Assembly (NCBI GenBank): GCA_044237995.1
Contig: JBIIED010000001.1
Span: forward strand, 2,252-66,251
DNA length: 64,000 bases
Origin: Rubrivivax sp.
Lineage (GTDB): Bacteria > Pseudomonadota > Gammaproteobacteria > Burkholderiales > Burkholderiaceae_C
Direction of reading: 5' to 3'
In this document: positions 49,861-59,350 of the stretch, one piece after another
Numbering within the stretch: the first letter of the stretch is position 1
How the letters are laid out: each line of letters starts with the position of its first letter
The notes under the pieces: generated by a model
Seen by the model: the letters and a program-made list of their open reading frames with translations, nothing else
Database searches by the model: none
Told to the model about the DNA's origin: nothing
Position numbers and translations under genes: made by a program

Positions 49861-51292
49861 CCTGCTGGTGCGAGGGGCCTCGCACCTGCTGACGGGCCTG
49901 CGGGGAGAGGCGGCCCGTGCGCGCAGCGGCTGCGACCTGCGCATCCGCGAGGGGCGCATCACGGCCATCGGCACCCTGGCGCTCGAGCCCGGCGAGCGCG
50001 TGCTCGAGGCCGACGGCTGCGTCATCTACCCGGGCTGGGTCAACACGCACCACCACCTGTTTCAGAGCCTGCTCAAGGGCATCCCGGCGGGGCTCGACAT
50101 GCAGCTCGTGCCGTGGCTGGCGGCCGTGCCGGTGCGCTACCGCCGCCACTTCGACCACGACGCGGCGCTGCGCCTGGCCGCACGCGTGGGCCTGGTGGAG
50201 CTGCTGCTGTCGGGCTGCACCACGGTGGCCGATCACCAGTACCACTACTGGCCCGGCATGCCCTTCGATGCCTCCGAGGCGATCTTCGACGAAGCTGCCC
50301 GGCTCGGCCTGCGCATGGTGCTGTGCCGTGGCGGTCAGACGCAGGCGCGTGCCATGACCGACGAGGCTGCGCCGCCGCAGGTTGCCCCCGAGACGCTGGA
50401 GGCGTTCCTCGGCAGCATCGAGCGTGACGTCAAGCGCTTTCACGACCCTTCGCCCACGGCCATGCGCCGCGTGGTGAGCGCGATCACGACCCCGAACTGG
50501 AGCTGCCGCCCGCACGAGCTGCTCGAGATGGCGCGCCAGGCGCGGCGCCTGGGCATCCGGATGCACAGCCACCTCAGCGAGACCTACGACTACGTGCGCT
50601 GGGCGCGCGAGGTCAAGGGCTGCACCCCGATGCAGTTCGTGGCCGAGCATGAGTGGGTGGGCGAGGACGTCTGGTACGCCCACATGGTGCACCTGGACGA
50701 CGGGGACCTCGAGATCTGCGCGCGCACGCGCACCGGCATCGCCCACTGCCCGCAGAGCAACGCACGCCTGGGCTCGGGCATCGCACGCATTCCCGAGGCC
50801 CTGGCGCGGGGCGTGCCCGTGGGGCTGGCGGTGGACGGCGCAGCCTCCAACGAGGCAGCCGACATGCTCAGCGAGGCCCACGCCTGCTGGCTTCTGCACC
50901 GGGCCGATCCGCGTGCCGGCGAGCGCGCCGATCCGCACGCCCACCCCAGCCGTGTGGCGCAACCCGGTGGCCACCCGAGCGCGATGCGCGTGGAGGACGT
51001 GGTGCACATCGGCTCGGCCGGTGGCGCGGAGCTCCTGGGCCTGGGTGGAACCGGCACGCTGGCCGTCGGGCAGGCGGCTGATCTGGCGATCTACGATCTC
51101 GACCATCCTCGCCACTTCGGCCTGCACGATCCGGCCATCGGGCCGGTGGCCAGCGGCGGGCGCGCCCGCCTGCGAGCCGTCCTCGTGCAGGGCCGCATCG
51201 TGGTGGAGAACGACACCATCCCGGGCCTGGACCTCGCGCAGCTGCGCCACGAGGCCCAGACCTTCGTCCAAGGCATGCTGAACGGCCCATGA
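49853..51292 (+). CDS. Metal-dependent amidohydrolase, isoxanthopterin/pterin deaminase-like (COG0402)
   Basis: PGWVNTHHHLFQSLLKG, HSHLSET, AHCPQSN.RLGSG, VDGAASNEAADM, FGLHDPAIGPVASGG; from memory these segments closely match the characterised isoxanthopterin deaminase (no alignment run). Confidence 0.8.
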   Translation: MTDLLVRGASHLLTGLRGEAARARSGCDLRIREGRITAIGTLALEPGERVLEADGCVIYPGWVNTHHHLFQSLLKGIPAGLDMQLVPWLAAVPVRYRRHFDHDAALRLAARVGLVELLLSGCTTVADHQYHYWPGMPFDASEAIFDEAARLGLRMVLCRGGQTQARAMTDEAAPPQVAPETLEAFLGSIERDVKRFHDPSPTAMRRVVSAITTPNWSCRPHELLEMARQARRLGIRMHSHLSETYDYVRWAREVKGCTPMQFVAEHEWVGEDVWYAHMVHLDDGDLEICARTRTGIAHCPQSNARLGSGIARIPEALARGVPVGLAVDGAASNEAADMLSEAHACWLLHRADPRAGERADPHAHPSRVAQPGGHPSAMRVEDVVHIGSAGGAELLGLGGTGTLAVGQAADLAIYDLDHPRHFGLHDPAIGPVASGGRARLRAVLVQGRIVVENDTIPGLDLAQLRHEAQTFVQGMLNGP

Positions 51293-52737
51293 GCTTCGAA
51301 CCCGCACACGTCAAGGCCACCACGGCCGAAGTCACCCGCAACCTCTCCGCGATCGAGTGGATCACCGACGCTCGGCTGGAGCGCCTGAGCCAGGACTACT
51401 ACTGGTTCAGCCCCGTGCTCAAGCGCCAGCTGCAGCACCTGCGCGCCGATGCCGTGGCCAAGCCCAAGACGGAGGATGAGATCCGTGCAGTGGTCGCGGC
51501 CTGCGCGGCGGCGCAGCTGCCGATCACGGTGCGCGGCAGCGGTACGGGCAACTACGGCCAGAGCATGCCGCTGCATGGCGGGGTGGTGCTGGACCTCTCG
51601 GCCTACAACCAGTTGCTGTGGTCGCGCGATGGCGTGGCGCGTGCGCAGGCCGGCATCCGCATGATGGACCTGGACCGCCAGCTCCAGACCGCGCCTGACG
51701 GCGCGCTGGCCTGGGAGCTGCGCTGCGTGCCCTCCACCTTCCGTGCCGCCACGCTGGGCGGCCTGTACGGCGGGGGCTTCGGCGGCATCGGCTCGATCAA
51801 CTTCGGGCCGCTGGCCTCCACCGGAAACGTGCTGGGCGTGCGCGCGATGACGATCGAGCCCGAGCCCAAGGCGGTGGAGCTGCGCGCGCCCGAGGCGCTG
51901 CTGCTGCACCACGTCTACGGCACCAACGGCCTCGTGCTCGAGCTCGAGGTGGGCCTCGCACCGGCTCATGCGTGGCTCGAGTCGATCGTGTGCTTCGAGA
52001 GCTTCGATGCCGCCATCGGCTTCGGCGATGCGCTGGCCTCGGCCCCCGGGGTGCTGAAGAAGAGCGTGACGCTGCTGGCCGCCCCGATCCCCGACATCCT
52101 GATGAAGGCCACGCCGCTGATCGCCGGCCAGATGGAGGCGGGCTCGCACGCGGTGTTCGTGCTCGTCACGCCGGCCAGCGAGCCGGCGATGCTGCAGCTC
52201 GTGGCCGAGTGGGGCGGCCGCGTGACGCTGCGCCGCACGAACGAGGAGGCGCGCCGCACCAACCGCACCATCCTCGAGTACACGTGGAACCACACGACGC
52301 TGCACGCGCTGAAGGTGGACAAGACGCTCACCTACATCCAGAGCGGCTTCGAGGCCGGGCGGCATGTGGAGCAGGCCAAGGCCTTGCGCGAGAAGCTCGG
52401 CGACGAGGTGCTCGTGCACCTGGAGTTCATCCGCACCAAGGAAGGGGCGATGAACTGCTCGGGGCTGCAGCTCGTGCGCTACAGCACCGAAGAGCGCCTC
52501 AACGAGATCATGCAGATCCACCGCGACCACGGTGTCTACATCGCCAACCCGCACGTGTACATCGTCGAGGACGGCAAGCAAGGCCAGATCAACCCGGACG
52601 TGGTGGCCACGAAGATGCGCTTCGACCCGATGGGCCTGCTCAACCCGGGCAAGCTTCGTGGCTGGGACGAGCGCGAGCGCATCATGGCCGACGTGGCGGC
52701 GGGCCGCGTGTCGCTGGCCACGCTGCCGCGTTTCTGA
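51289..52737 (+). CDS. FAD-binding oxidoreductase (VAO/PCMH fold), paralog 1
   Basis: RGSGTGNYGQ..PL.GGV.LD, ATLGG, YGTNG, EY.WNHTT, FDP.GLLNPGK. Confidence 0.88.
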   Translation: MSFEPAHVKATTAEVTRNLSAIEWITDARLERLSQDYYWFSPVLKRQLQHLRADAVAKPKTEDEIRAVVAACAAAQLPITVRGSGTGNYGQSMPLHGGVVLDLSAYNQLLWSRDGVARAQAGIRMMDLDRQLQTAPDGALAWELRCVPSTFRAATLGGLYGGGFGGIGSINFGPLASTGNVLGVRAMTIEPEPKAVELRAPEALLLHHVYGTNGLVLELEVGLAPAHAWLESIVCFESFDAAIGFGDALASAPGVLKKSVTLLAAPIPDILMKATPLIAGQMEAGSHAVFVLVTPASEPAMLQLVAEWGGRVTLRRTNEEARRTNRTILEYTWNHTTLHALKVDKTLTYIQSGFEAGRHVEQAKALREKLGDEVLVHLEFIRTKEGAMNCSGLQLVRYSTEERLNEIMQIHRDHGVYIANPHVYIVEDGKQGQINPDVVATKMRFDPMGLLNPGKLRGWDERERIMADVAAGRVSLATLPRF

Positions 52738-52750
52738 TGCGGGTTCGGCC

Positions 52751-54157
52751 ATGACCGCCGCAATGCGCCCGCGACCCGACGCGGTAACCCTGGCCGCCGT
52801 GCGCGCGGAGCTCGCTGGCATCGAGTGCATCACCGACCCCGATCGCCTCGCCCGGCTCTCGCAGGACTTCTCCTGGTTCAGCCCCATCCTCAAGCGTCAG
52901 CTCGAGGGTGCGCGAGCCGACCTCGTCGCGCGCCCGCGCACCGAGGCCGACATCGCGCGCGTGGTCGGCGCCTGCGCGCGCCAGCGCGTGCCGCTGACGG
53001 TGCGCGGCGCGGCCACCGGCAACTACGGCCAGATCGTGCCGCTGCAAGGCGGCGTGCTGCTCGACCTGAGCGCCTTCAACGCCTTTGGCTGGGCCCGAGG
53101 CGGCGTGGGCCGCGCGCAGGCCGGCATCCGGCTGAGCGAATTCGACCGCCAGGCGCAGCCGCTGGGCTGGGAGCTGCGCTGGCTGCCCTCCACCTTCCGT
53201 GCGGCCACGCTGGGCGGCCTGTACGGCGGGGGCTTCGGCGGGGCAGGCTCGATCACCTACGGACCGATCGCCAGCGCCGGCAACGTGCTGGGCGCGCGCG
53301 TGATGTCGGTGGAGGATGAGCCGCGCGTGGAGGAGCTGCGTGGGGCCGAGGCGATGCTCGTGCACCACAAGTGGGGCACCAACGGCATCGTGCTGGAGCT
53401 CGAGGTGGCGCTCGCCCCGGCGCTGCCCTGGCTCGAGATGATCGCCACCTTCGAGGATTTCGGCGCGGCCTTCGACTGCTGCCATGCCATCAGCGCGCAG
53501 TCCCCGGGCATCGTGAAGAAGGAGATCGCGCTGCTGGCCGATCCGATCCCGGCCTACTTCACGGCGCTCTCCGAGCACCTGCCGGCGGGGCGGCACGCCG
53601 TGATCCTGATCGTGGCCGAGTCCTCCGAGATCGCGGTGCGCGATCTGATCGCGGCGCACGGCGGCAGCTTCACGTACCGGCAGGATGCCGCGCAGGTCGC
53701 CGCGACGAACCGCACGCTCCTGGAGTACTGCTGGAACCACACGACGCTGCAGGCGCTCAAGGTCGACAAGACACTCACCTACATCCAGAGCCGCTTCGAC
53801 CCGCAGCGCCAGCGCGAGCAGGTGCTCGCCCTGCACGAGAAACTCTCGCCCGAGGTGATGATGCACGTGGAGTTCATCCGCCTGACCAGCGGCGCCCACA
53901 CCTGCAGCGGGTTGCAGATCGTGCGCTACACCGACGACGCGCGCCTGGAGCAGATCATGCAGACCTTCCGCGACGAGGGCGCCACGATCAACAACCCGCA
54001 CGTGCACATCCTGGAAGACGGCGGCAAGCTGCGCGACATGGACCGCGCGGCGCTCTCCGCGGCGCAGCGCATGGCCAGCGACGCCACGGTGGCGATGAAG
54101 TCGCGCTTCGATCCCTACGGCCTGCTCAATCCCGGCAAGCTGCGCTCGCAGCTTTGA
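52751..54157 (+). CDS. FAD-binding oxidoreductase (VAO/PCMH fold), paralog 2
   Basis: RGAATGNYGQ, ATLGG, WGTNG, EYCWNHTT, FDPYGLLNPGK; colinear with the upstream paralog. Confidence 0.88.
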   Translation: MTAAMRPRPDAVTLAAVRAELAGIECITDPDRLARLSQDFSWFSPILKRQLEGARADLVARPRTEADIARVVGACARQRVPLTVRGAATGNYGQIVPLQGGVLLDLSAFNAFGWARGGVGRAQAGIRLSEFDRQAQPLGWELRWLPSTFRAATLGGLYGGGFGGAGSITYGPIASAGNVLGARVMSVEDEPRVEELRGAEAMLVHHKWGTNGIVLELEVALAPALPWLEMIATFEDFGAAFDCCHAISAQSPGIVKKEIALLADPIPAYFTALSEHLPAGRHAVILIVAESSEIAVRDLIAAHGGSFTYRQDAAQVAATNRTLLEYCWNHTTLQALKVDKTLTYIQSRFDPQRQREQVLALHEKLSPEVMMHVEFIRLTSGAHTCSGLQIVRYTDDARLEQIMQTFRDEGATINNPHVHILEDGGKLRDMDRAALSAAQRMASDATVAMKSRFDPYGLLNPGKLRSQL

Positions 54158-54214
54158 GGCGCGCAAGCCGCCTGTGCGGACGACTGAGGCGCGCGAGCCG
54201 CCTGAGCGCACGAC
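54155..54214. repeat. Two tandem 30-bp REP-like hairpin repeats between convergent genes
   Basis: TGAGGCGCGCAAGCCGCCTGTGCGGACGAC and TGAGGCGCGCGAGCCGCCTGAGCGCACGAC. Confidence 0.7.
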
Positions 54215-54232
54215 CGCGGCGCCGGGACGGCT

Positions 54233-55693
54233 TCAGCCGAACTCGTAGTCCGCGAGGTCCGGGCGCTCGATCGCCTGCACGTACTCGCGCGTGAAGCCGG
54301 GCCACAGCGCCGTGATGCGGCCGCTGTCCATGCGGTACCAGCTGCGGCACTGCGTCCACACCGAGCCGGCCAGGCGCGCCTGCAGCGCGTCGTTGTGGGC
54401 TTGCATCACGTCGGCCCTGAGGGCGAGGTGGCGCCGCCCGCGGCTGCGCACGGCCTGCATGCAGGCCACCGCGTAGCGCGCCTGCGGCTCGATGTACAGC
54501 AGCGTCGAGGTGTGGCCCGTGCCGGTGTTGGGCCCGAGCATGAGGAACAGGTTCGGAAAGCCCGACACCGTGAGGCCATGGTAGGCCTGTGGCCCGTCGC
54601 GCCAGGCCTGTGCGAGCGTGAGCCCGCCCGGGCCCCTTACCTCCACCGACGACAGCAGGTGCGTCGTGTCGAAGCCGGTGGCGCACACGAGCACGTCGAG
54701 CGTGCGCTCCACGCCGTCGGCCGTGACGAGGCCCGTGGGCGTGATGCGCACGATCGGGTCGGTCACGAGCTCGACGTTGGGCTGCGTGAGTGCCGGGTAG
54801 AAGTCGTTGGAATAGATGATCCGCTTGCAGCCCAGCGGGTAGGGCGGGCGCAGTTTCTGGCGCAGCACCGGATTCTTGACCTGTCGTGAGAGGTGCAGCG
54901 CGGCCGCGCGAAGCATCCCGCGCCGTGCGAGCGTGCCCTCCTCGAAGCCGCGGCGCCCCCACTCGAGCACGTGGTACCAGAAGGCCCGCGTCATCGCCGC
55001 CACGGGAGGCAGCCGGGCCAGCAGCCGGTCCACCGCGTAGTAGGGCCGGTCGATGCGCGGCAGCACCCAGTTGGCGGTGCGTTGGAACACGTGCAGCCGC
55101 GCGGCCTGCGCGGCCAGGGGTGGCACGAGCTGCGAGGCCGTGGAGCCGGTTCCGATGACGCCGATGCGCCGCCCGGCCAGTGGCACGCTCGCATCCCAGC
55201 GTGCGGAGTGCAGCCTCGCGCCGGCGAACTCCGCCAGACCCTCGATGTCGGGCCAGCGCGCCTGCGACAGCGACCCGGTGCTGCACACCAGGAAGCGTGC
55301 GCGCAGCCGCGATCCGTCGCCGAGTTCCAGCTCCCAGCGCCCCGGGGTCTCGTCGAACTGCGCGCGCACGAGCCGCGTGCGCAGCCGCAGGTGAGGCAGC
55401 AGCCCGTGCTCGCGCGCCACCTGCTCCATGTAGGCCTGGATCTCCGGCGCGGCGGCAAAGCGCCGCTGCCAGTTCGGGTTCGGCGCGAAGGAGAAGGCAT
55501 ACAGCGGGGCCGGTACGTCCACGTGCGCGCCCGGATAGCGGTTGTCCCACCAGGTGCCGCCCAGGCCCGCGGACTGCTCCATCAGCACGAAGTCCTCGAT
55601 CCCCGCGCGCTTGAGCGCCACGCCCATGCACAGCCCGGACATGCCCGCGCCGAGCACGGCCACTTCGACTTCGGACGAATCCTGTAGGCTCAT
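54233..55693 (-). CDS. Type I Baeyer-Villiger/flavin-containing monooxygenase
   Basis: GAGMSG, GGTW..NRYPG..D, fingerprint FAGARLHSARW (FxGxxxHxxxW), GTGSTA, ATGF; start at 55693 or 55702. Confidence 0.9.
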   Translation of the reverse strand: MSLQDSSEVEVAVLGAGMSGLCMGVALKRAGIEDFVLMEQSAGLGGTWWDNRYPGAHVDVPAPLYAFSFAPNPNWQRRFAAAPEIQAYMEQVAREHGLLPHLRLRTRLVRAQFDETPGRWELELGDGSRLRARFLVCSTGSLSQARWPDIEGLAEFAGARLHSARWDASVPLAGRRIGVIGTGSTASQLVPPLAAQAARLHVFQRTANWVLPRIDRPYYAVDRLLARLPPVAAMTRAFWYHVLEWGRRGFEEGTLARRGMLRAAALHLSRQVKNPVLRQKLRPPYPLGCKRIIYSNDFYPALTQPNVELVTDPIVRITPTGLVTADGVERTLDVLVCATGFDTTHLLSSVEVRGPGGLTLAQAWRDGPQAYHGLTVSGFPNLFLMLGPNTGTGHTSTLLYIEPQARYAVACMQAVRSRGRRHLALRADVMQAHNDALQARLAGSVWTQCRSWYRMDSGRITALWPGFTREYVQAIERPDLADYEFG

Positions 55694-55712
55694 GGAGGTC
55701 ATTGTGGCGTGC

Positions 55713-55728
55713 TGGCACGCCCCCTGCT
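55713..55728 (+). promoter_or_regulatory. Putative sigma54 promoter for the Rieske oxygenase gene
   Basis: TGGCACG-CCCC-CTGCT (one mismatch to consensus, GG-N10-GC intact), 30 bp upstream of the ATG. Confidence 0.6.
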
Positions 55729-55758
55729 TGACCTGCCCGAAGCCCAGTCTGCCCCGCC

Positions 55759-56793
55759 ATGCTCACCACCCGACAACCTGTCTTTCGCAAGTTCTGGCAC
55801 GCCGTCATGCCGCTGAGCAGGCTCGAGGGCGGCCAGCCCGTGCCCTTCACGCTGATGGGAGAGCCGATCGTGCTCTTCCTGGATGCCCAGGGCCAGCCCG
55901 CCGCGCTGCGCGACCGCTGCTGCCACCGCACCGCCCGGCTCTCCAAGGGCCGCTGCGTGAACGGGGCGCTCGAGTGCGGCTACCACGGCTGGACCTACGA
56001 CCGCGGCGGCCGCGTGATCCGCATCCCGCAGTACGAGGCGAGCCGGCCCATCCCGGCCGACTACTGCACGCCCGCCTACCGCTGCGTGGCGAAGTACGGC
56101 TACGCCTGGGTGGCGCTCGTGGCACCCGGCGAGGAGCCGCTGGCCCCCATCCCCGATGTGCCGGAATTCGGCGCGCCGGGCTGGCGCACCATCTTCCAGT
56201 TCTACGAGACCTGGGACACGAGCCCGCTGCGGGCGCTGGAAAACAGCTTCGACAACTCGCACTTCAGCTTCGTGCACCGCGCCACCTTCGGCGTGGCCGC
56301 GCAACCCAAGCCCAGCCGCTACGAGCTCGTCGAGCGCGAGGGCGGCTTCTACGCCGAGACGCTCATCGACGCAGCCAACCCGCCGGCCTTTCACCGCGTG
56401 AGCGGCAGCACCGAGCCGCTCACCCAGCGTCTCATGCGCAACGCCTACTACCTGCCCTTCTCGCGCCGGCTGGACATCGAGTACCCCAGCGGCATCCGCC
56501 ACGTCATCATCAATTGCTTCACGCCCGTCGACGACGGGCGCATCCAGCTCGCGCAGTGGCTCTTTCGCAACGACCGCGAGGAGGACTGCCCGGCGCAGCT
56601 CCTCATCGACTTCGACCACGTCATCACGCGCGAGGACAGGGACATCCTGGAGTCCACCGACCCCGATGCGTTGGTGGACACACGCAGGCGTGGCGTCGAG
56701 TATTCGATGGACAGCGACCGCCCGGGCATCCTGATTCGCAAGCAGCTCATGGAGTTGCTCGCGCGACACGGCGAGGCCGAGGTCCACCGCTGA
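55759..56793 (+). CDS. Rieske non-heme iron oxygenase alpha subunit (HpxD-like purine hydroxylase / VanA-type)
   Basis: Rieske motif DRCCHR..CGYHGW, mononuclear Fe motif [20 protein letters not shown]. Confidence 0.88.
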   Translation: MLTTRQPVFRKFWHAVMPLSRLEGGQPVPFTLMGEPIVLFLDAQGQPAALRDRCCHRTARLSKGRCVNGALECGYHGWTYDRGGRVIRIPQYEASRPIPADYCTPAYRCVAKYGYAWVALVAPGEEPLAPIPDVPEFGAPGWRTIFQFYETWDTSPLRALENSFDNSHFSFVHRATFGVAAQPKPSRYELVEREGGFYAETLIDAANPPAFHRVSGSTEPLTQRLMRNAYYLPFSRRLDIEYPSGIRHVIINCFTPVDDGRIQLAQWLFRNDREEDCPAQLLIDFDHVITREDRDILESTDPDALVDTRRRGVEYSMDSDRPGILIRKQLMELLARHGEAEVHR

Positions 56794-56842
56794 GTCGGGC
56801 CCGGCGGGCCCCGATCCCGCTGGAATCAGGGAAAATACGCAG

Positions 56843-57778
56843 ATGCTCGGGCAACGCACCCTCAAGTCGATCACGCGCGCCGTTGGCGTGGGCGTCCACG
56901 GCGGCCAGAAGGTGGAGCTCACGCTGCGCCCGGCGCCCGCCGGGCATGGCATCGTGTTTCGGCGCGTCGACCTGGCCTTGCCGGTGGACATCCCCGTGAA
57001 CGCGCGCGCCGTGTGCGACACGCGGATGGCCTCCACGATCAGCGCCGGCGGCGACCCCTCCGCACCGAAGGTGCAGACGATCGAACACCTGATGTCGGCC
57101 TGCGCCGGCCTGGGCATCGACAACCTCGTGGTGGAGATCTCCGGCGAGGAGGTGCCCATCCTCGACGGCTCGGCCGCGAGCTTCGTCTACCTGTTGCAAA
57201 GCGCGGGTATCGAGGTGCAGCGCGCGCCCAAGCGCTTCCTGCGCGTGACCCAGCCGGTGGAGGTGCGCGAGGGCGAGGGCCGCACGCTCAAGTGGGCGCG
57301 GCTGGAACCCCACCACGGCTACGAGCTCGTCTTCGAGATCGGCTTCGACCACCCGGCGCTCGACGCCACCGGCCAGCGCGTCACCTTCGACATGGGCTCG
57401 GGGCGCTACGCGCGCGACATCGCGCGCGCCCGCACCTTCGGCTTCACCCGCGACGTGGAGATGCTGCGCGCGCGCGGCCTGGGTCTGGGCGGGAGCATGG
57501 ACAACGTGATCGTGGTGGACGACTACCGCGTGCTCAACCACGACGGGTTGCGCTACGACGACGAGTTCGCCAAGCACAAGATCCTGGATGCGATCGGCGA
57601 CCTGCACATCGCCGGCGCCCCGATGCTCGCGCGCTACCACGGCCACAAGAGCGGGCACGCGCTCAACAACCGCCTGCTGCGCGCGCTCCTGGCTGACGCC
57701 ACGGCGCACGAGTACGTCACCTTCGAGGACGAGGCACGTGCGCCGGCCGGGCTGGCGGCGCTTGCGCCGGCCTGGTGA
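56843..57778 (+). CDS. lpxC: UDP-3-O-acyl-GlcNAc deacetylase
   Basis: [48 protein letters not shown]. Confidence 0.97.
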   Translation: MLGQRTLKSITRAVGVGVHGGQKVELTLRPAPAGHGIVFRRVDLALPVDIPVNARAVCDTRMASTISAGGDPSAPKVQTIEHLMSACAGLGIDNLVVEISGEEVPILDGSAASFVYLLQSAGIEVQRAPKRFLRVTQPVEVREGEGRTLKWARLEPHHGYELVFEIGFDHPALDATGQRVTFDMGSGRYARDIARARTFGFTRDVEMLRARGLGLGGSMDNVIVVDDYRVLNHDGLRYDDEFAKHKILDAIGDLHIAGAPMLARYHGHKSGHALNNRLLRALLADATAHEYVTFEDEARAPAGLAALAPAW

Positions 57779-57963
57779 TGCTGATCTTCCGGCTCGTCTT
57801 CGGGCTGCTTGCGCTGGCCGGCATCCTGTGCCTGGCCGCCTACCTGGCCACTGGCCGTCCGGTGTGGAAGGCGCGCGGCTTCGTGATCCTCAAGTGGACG
57901 GTGCTGGCCGGGCTCGGGTTCTTCGCCGTCATCCTGCTGGACCGGCTGGCGCGCTCGCTCTAG
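57775..57963 (+). CDS. Small two-TM hypothetical membrane protein
   Basis: 62 aa with two hydrophobic helices, overlapping the lpxC stop (GTG 57775 or ATG 57778). Confidence 0.7.
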   Translation: MMLIFRLVFGLLALAGILCLAAYLATGRPVWKARGFVILKWTVLAGLGFFAVILLDRLARSL

Positions 57964-58705
57964 GCCCGCACACGGGGCAGTCGGTCTGGCGCGTGGTGCC
58001 CACTTCCTCCCAGCGCATCGAGCGCGCATCGAGCATCAGCAGCCGGCTGCCCAGGCCCGTTCCCAGGCCGGCCAGCAGCTTCAGCGCCTCGGCCGCCTGC
58101 AGCGAGCCCACGATGCCCACCAGCGGCGCGAACACACCCATCGTCGCGCACGCCACCTCCTCGAAGCCTTGCTGGGGAGGAAAGACGCAGGCGTAGCAGG
58201 GGTGGGTGCCGGCCCGAGGGTCGACCACCGAGACCTGTGCATCGAAGCCGATGGCCGCGCCCCACACAAGGGGCCTGCCATGGCGCACGCAGGCGGCATT
58301 GACAGCCTGGCGCGTGGCGAAGTTGTCGCTGCAGTCGATGACGACATCCGCCCCGGGCACATGGGCATCGAGCCAGGCGGCGTCGGCACGCACCACGCAG
58401 GCCTGAACCTGCACCTGCGGGTTGAGCGCCGCCACGCGCGCAGCCACCGACTCGGCCTTGGGCCGGCCCAGGCCCGACATGTCGTGCGCGATCTGGCGCT
58501 GCAGGTTCGTGAGCTCGACCACGTCGGGGTCGGCCACCGTGATCCGGCCCACGCCAGCCGAGCCGAGGAAGAGCGCCACCGGCGAGCCCAGGCCGCCGGC
58601 GCCGATCACGAGCGCGTGTGCGTCCAGCAGCCGCTGCTGACCCTCGATGCCGATGTCCTCCAGCAGGATGTGGCGCGAGTAGCGCAGGAGCTGCTCGTCG
58701 TTCAC
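57929..58705 (-). CDS. moeB: HesA/MoeB/ThiF family adenylyltransferase
   Basis: LRYSRHILL, GAGGLGS, D.VELTNLQRQI, DCSDNF.TR, CYAC, C..MGV, C-terminal CPVC; MoeB versus ThiF not resolved. Confidence 0.85.
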   Translation of the reverse strand: MNDEQLLRYSRHILLEDIGIEGQQRLLDAHALVIGAGGLGSPVALFLGSAGVGRITVADPDVVELTNLQRQIAHDMSGLGRPKAESVAARVAALNPQVQVQACVVRADAAWLDAHVPGADVVIDCSDNFATRQAVNAACVRHGRPLVWGAAIGFDAQVSVVDPRAGTHPCYACVFPPQQGFEEVACATMGVFAPLVGIVGSLQAAEALKLLAGLGTGLGSRLLMLDARSMRWEEVGTTRQTDCPVCGPRASAPAGPAG

Positions 58706-58715
58706 GGCGATGCTT

Positions 58716-59264
58716 TCAGTAGGTGCGGCCCTGGCGGAACTGGGCGTGCTGGCGGCGGTTCAGCGGCGCTACGCGAGCCATCGCCGCGAAGGCACTGGCG
58801 GCGTTCGCGTGCATGATCGCCAGCCCCAGCGCGTCGGCGGCATCCTTGCCCGGCACGCCGGGCAGCTCGAGCAGCCGGCGCACCATCTCCTGGACCTGCG
58901 CCTTGGTCGCCAGGCCGTGGCCGACAATGGCCTTCTTCATCTGCAACGCCGTGTACTCGGCCACCGGCAGGTTGCCCGAGACGAGCGCTGCCAGCGCTGC
59001 GCCGCGTGCCTGGCCGAGCAGCAGCGTGCTCTGCGGGTTGACGTTGACGAAGACGATCTCCGCGCAGGCTGCGTCGGGGGTGTAGCGCTGCGCCACCTCG
59101 CGCACGCCTTCGAAGATCAGCTTGAGCCGCCCAGGCAGGTCGCCGCGCGGGGCCTCCAGGGTGCTGATCGTGCCGCTGGCCACATAGGCCAGCCGGCTGC
59201 CTTCCGCGTCCACGACACCGAACCCGGTGCGCTGCAGTCCGGGGTCGATGCCGAGGATGCGCAT
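58716..59264 (-). CDS. ruvC: Holliday junction resolvase
   Basis: MRILGIDPG...TGFG, E.VF, LLGQARG, KKAIVG.G.A.K.QV, DAADAL. Confidence 0.96.
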   Translation of the reverse strand: MRILGIDPGLQRTGFGVVDAEGSRLAYVASGTISTLEAPRGDLPGRLKLIFEGVREVAQRYTPDAACAEIVFVNVNPQSTLLLGQARGAALAALVSGNLPVAEYTALQMKKAIVGHGLATKAQVQEMVRRLLELPGVPGKDAADALGLAIMHANAASAFAAMARVAPLNRRQHAQFRQGRTY

Positions 59265-59350
59265 GGTTCCTGTCAGGGTGCGGGCCAGCGGCGAGGAGAG
59301 GGGGGAGAGAGGGGGGCGAGAGGGGCGTGGCAGTCCGGCCGGCAGGCACT

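Noticed and set aside
59290-59327. Polypurine tract between purH and ruvC
   Set aside because: Short low-complexity intergenic sequence with no supporting structure
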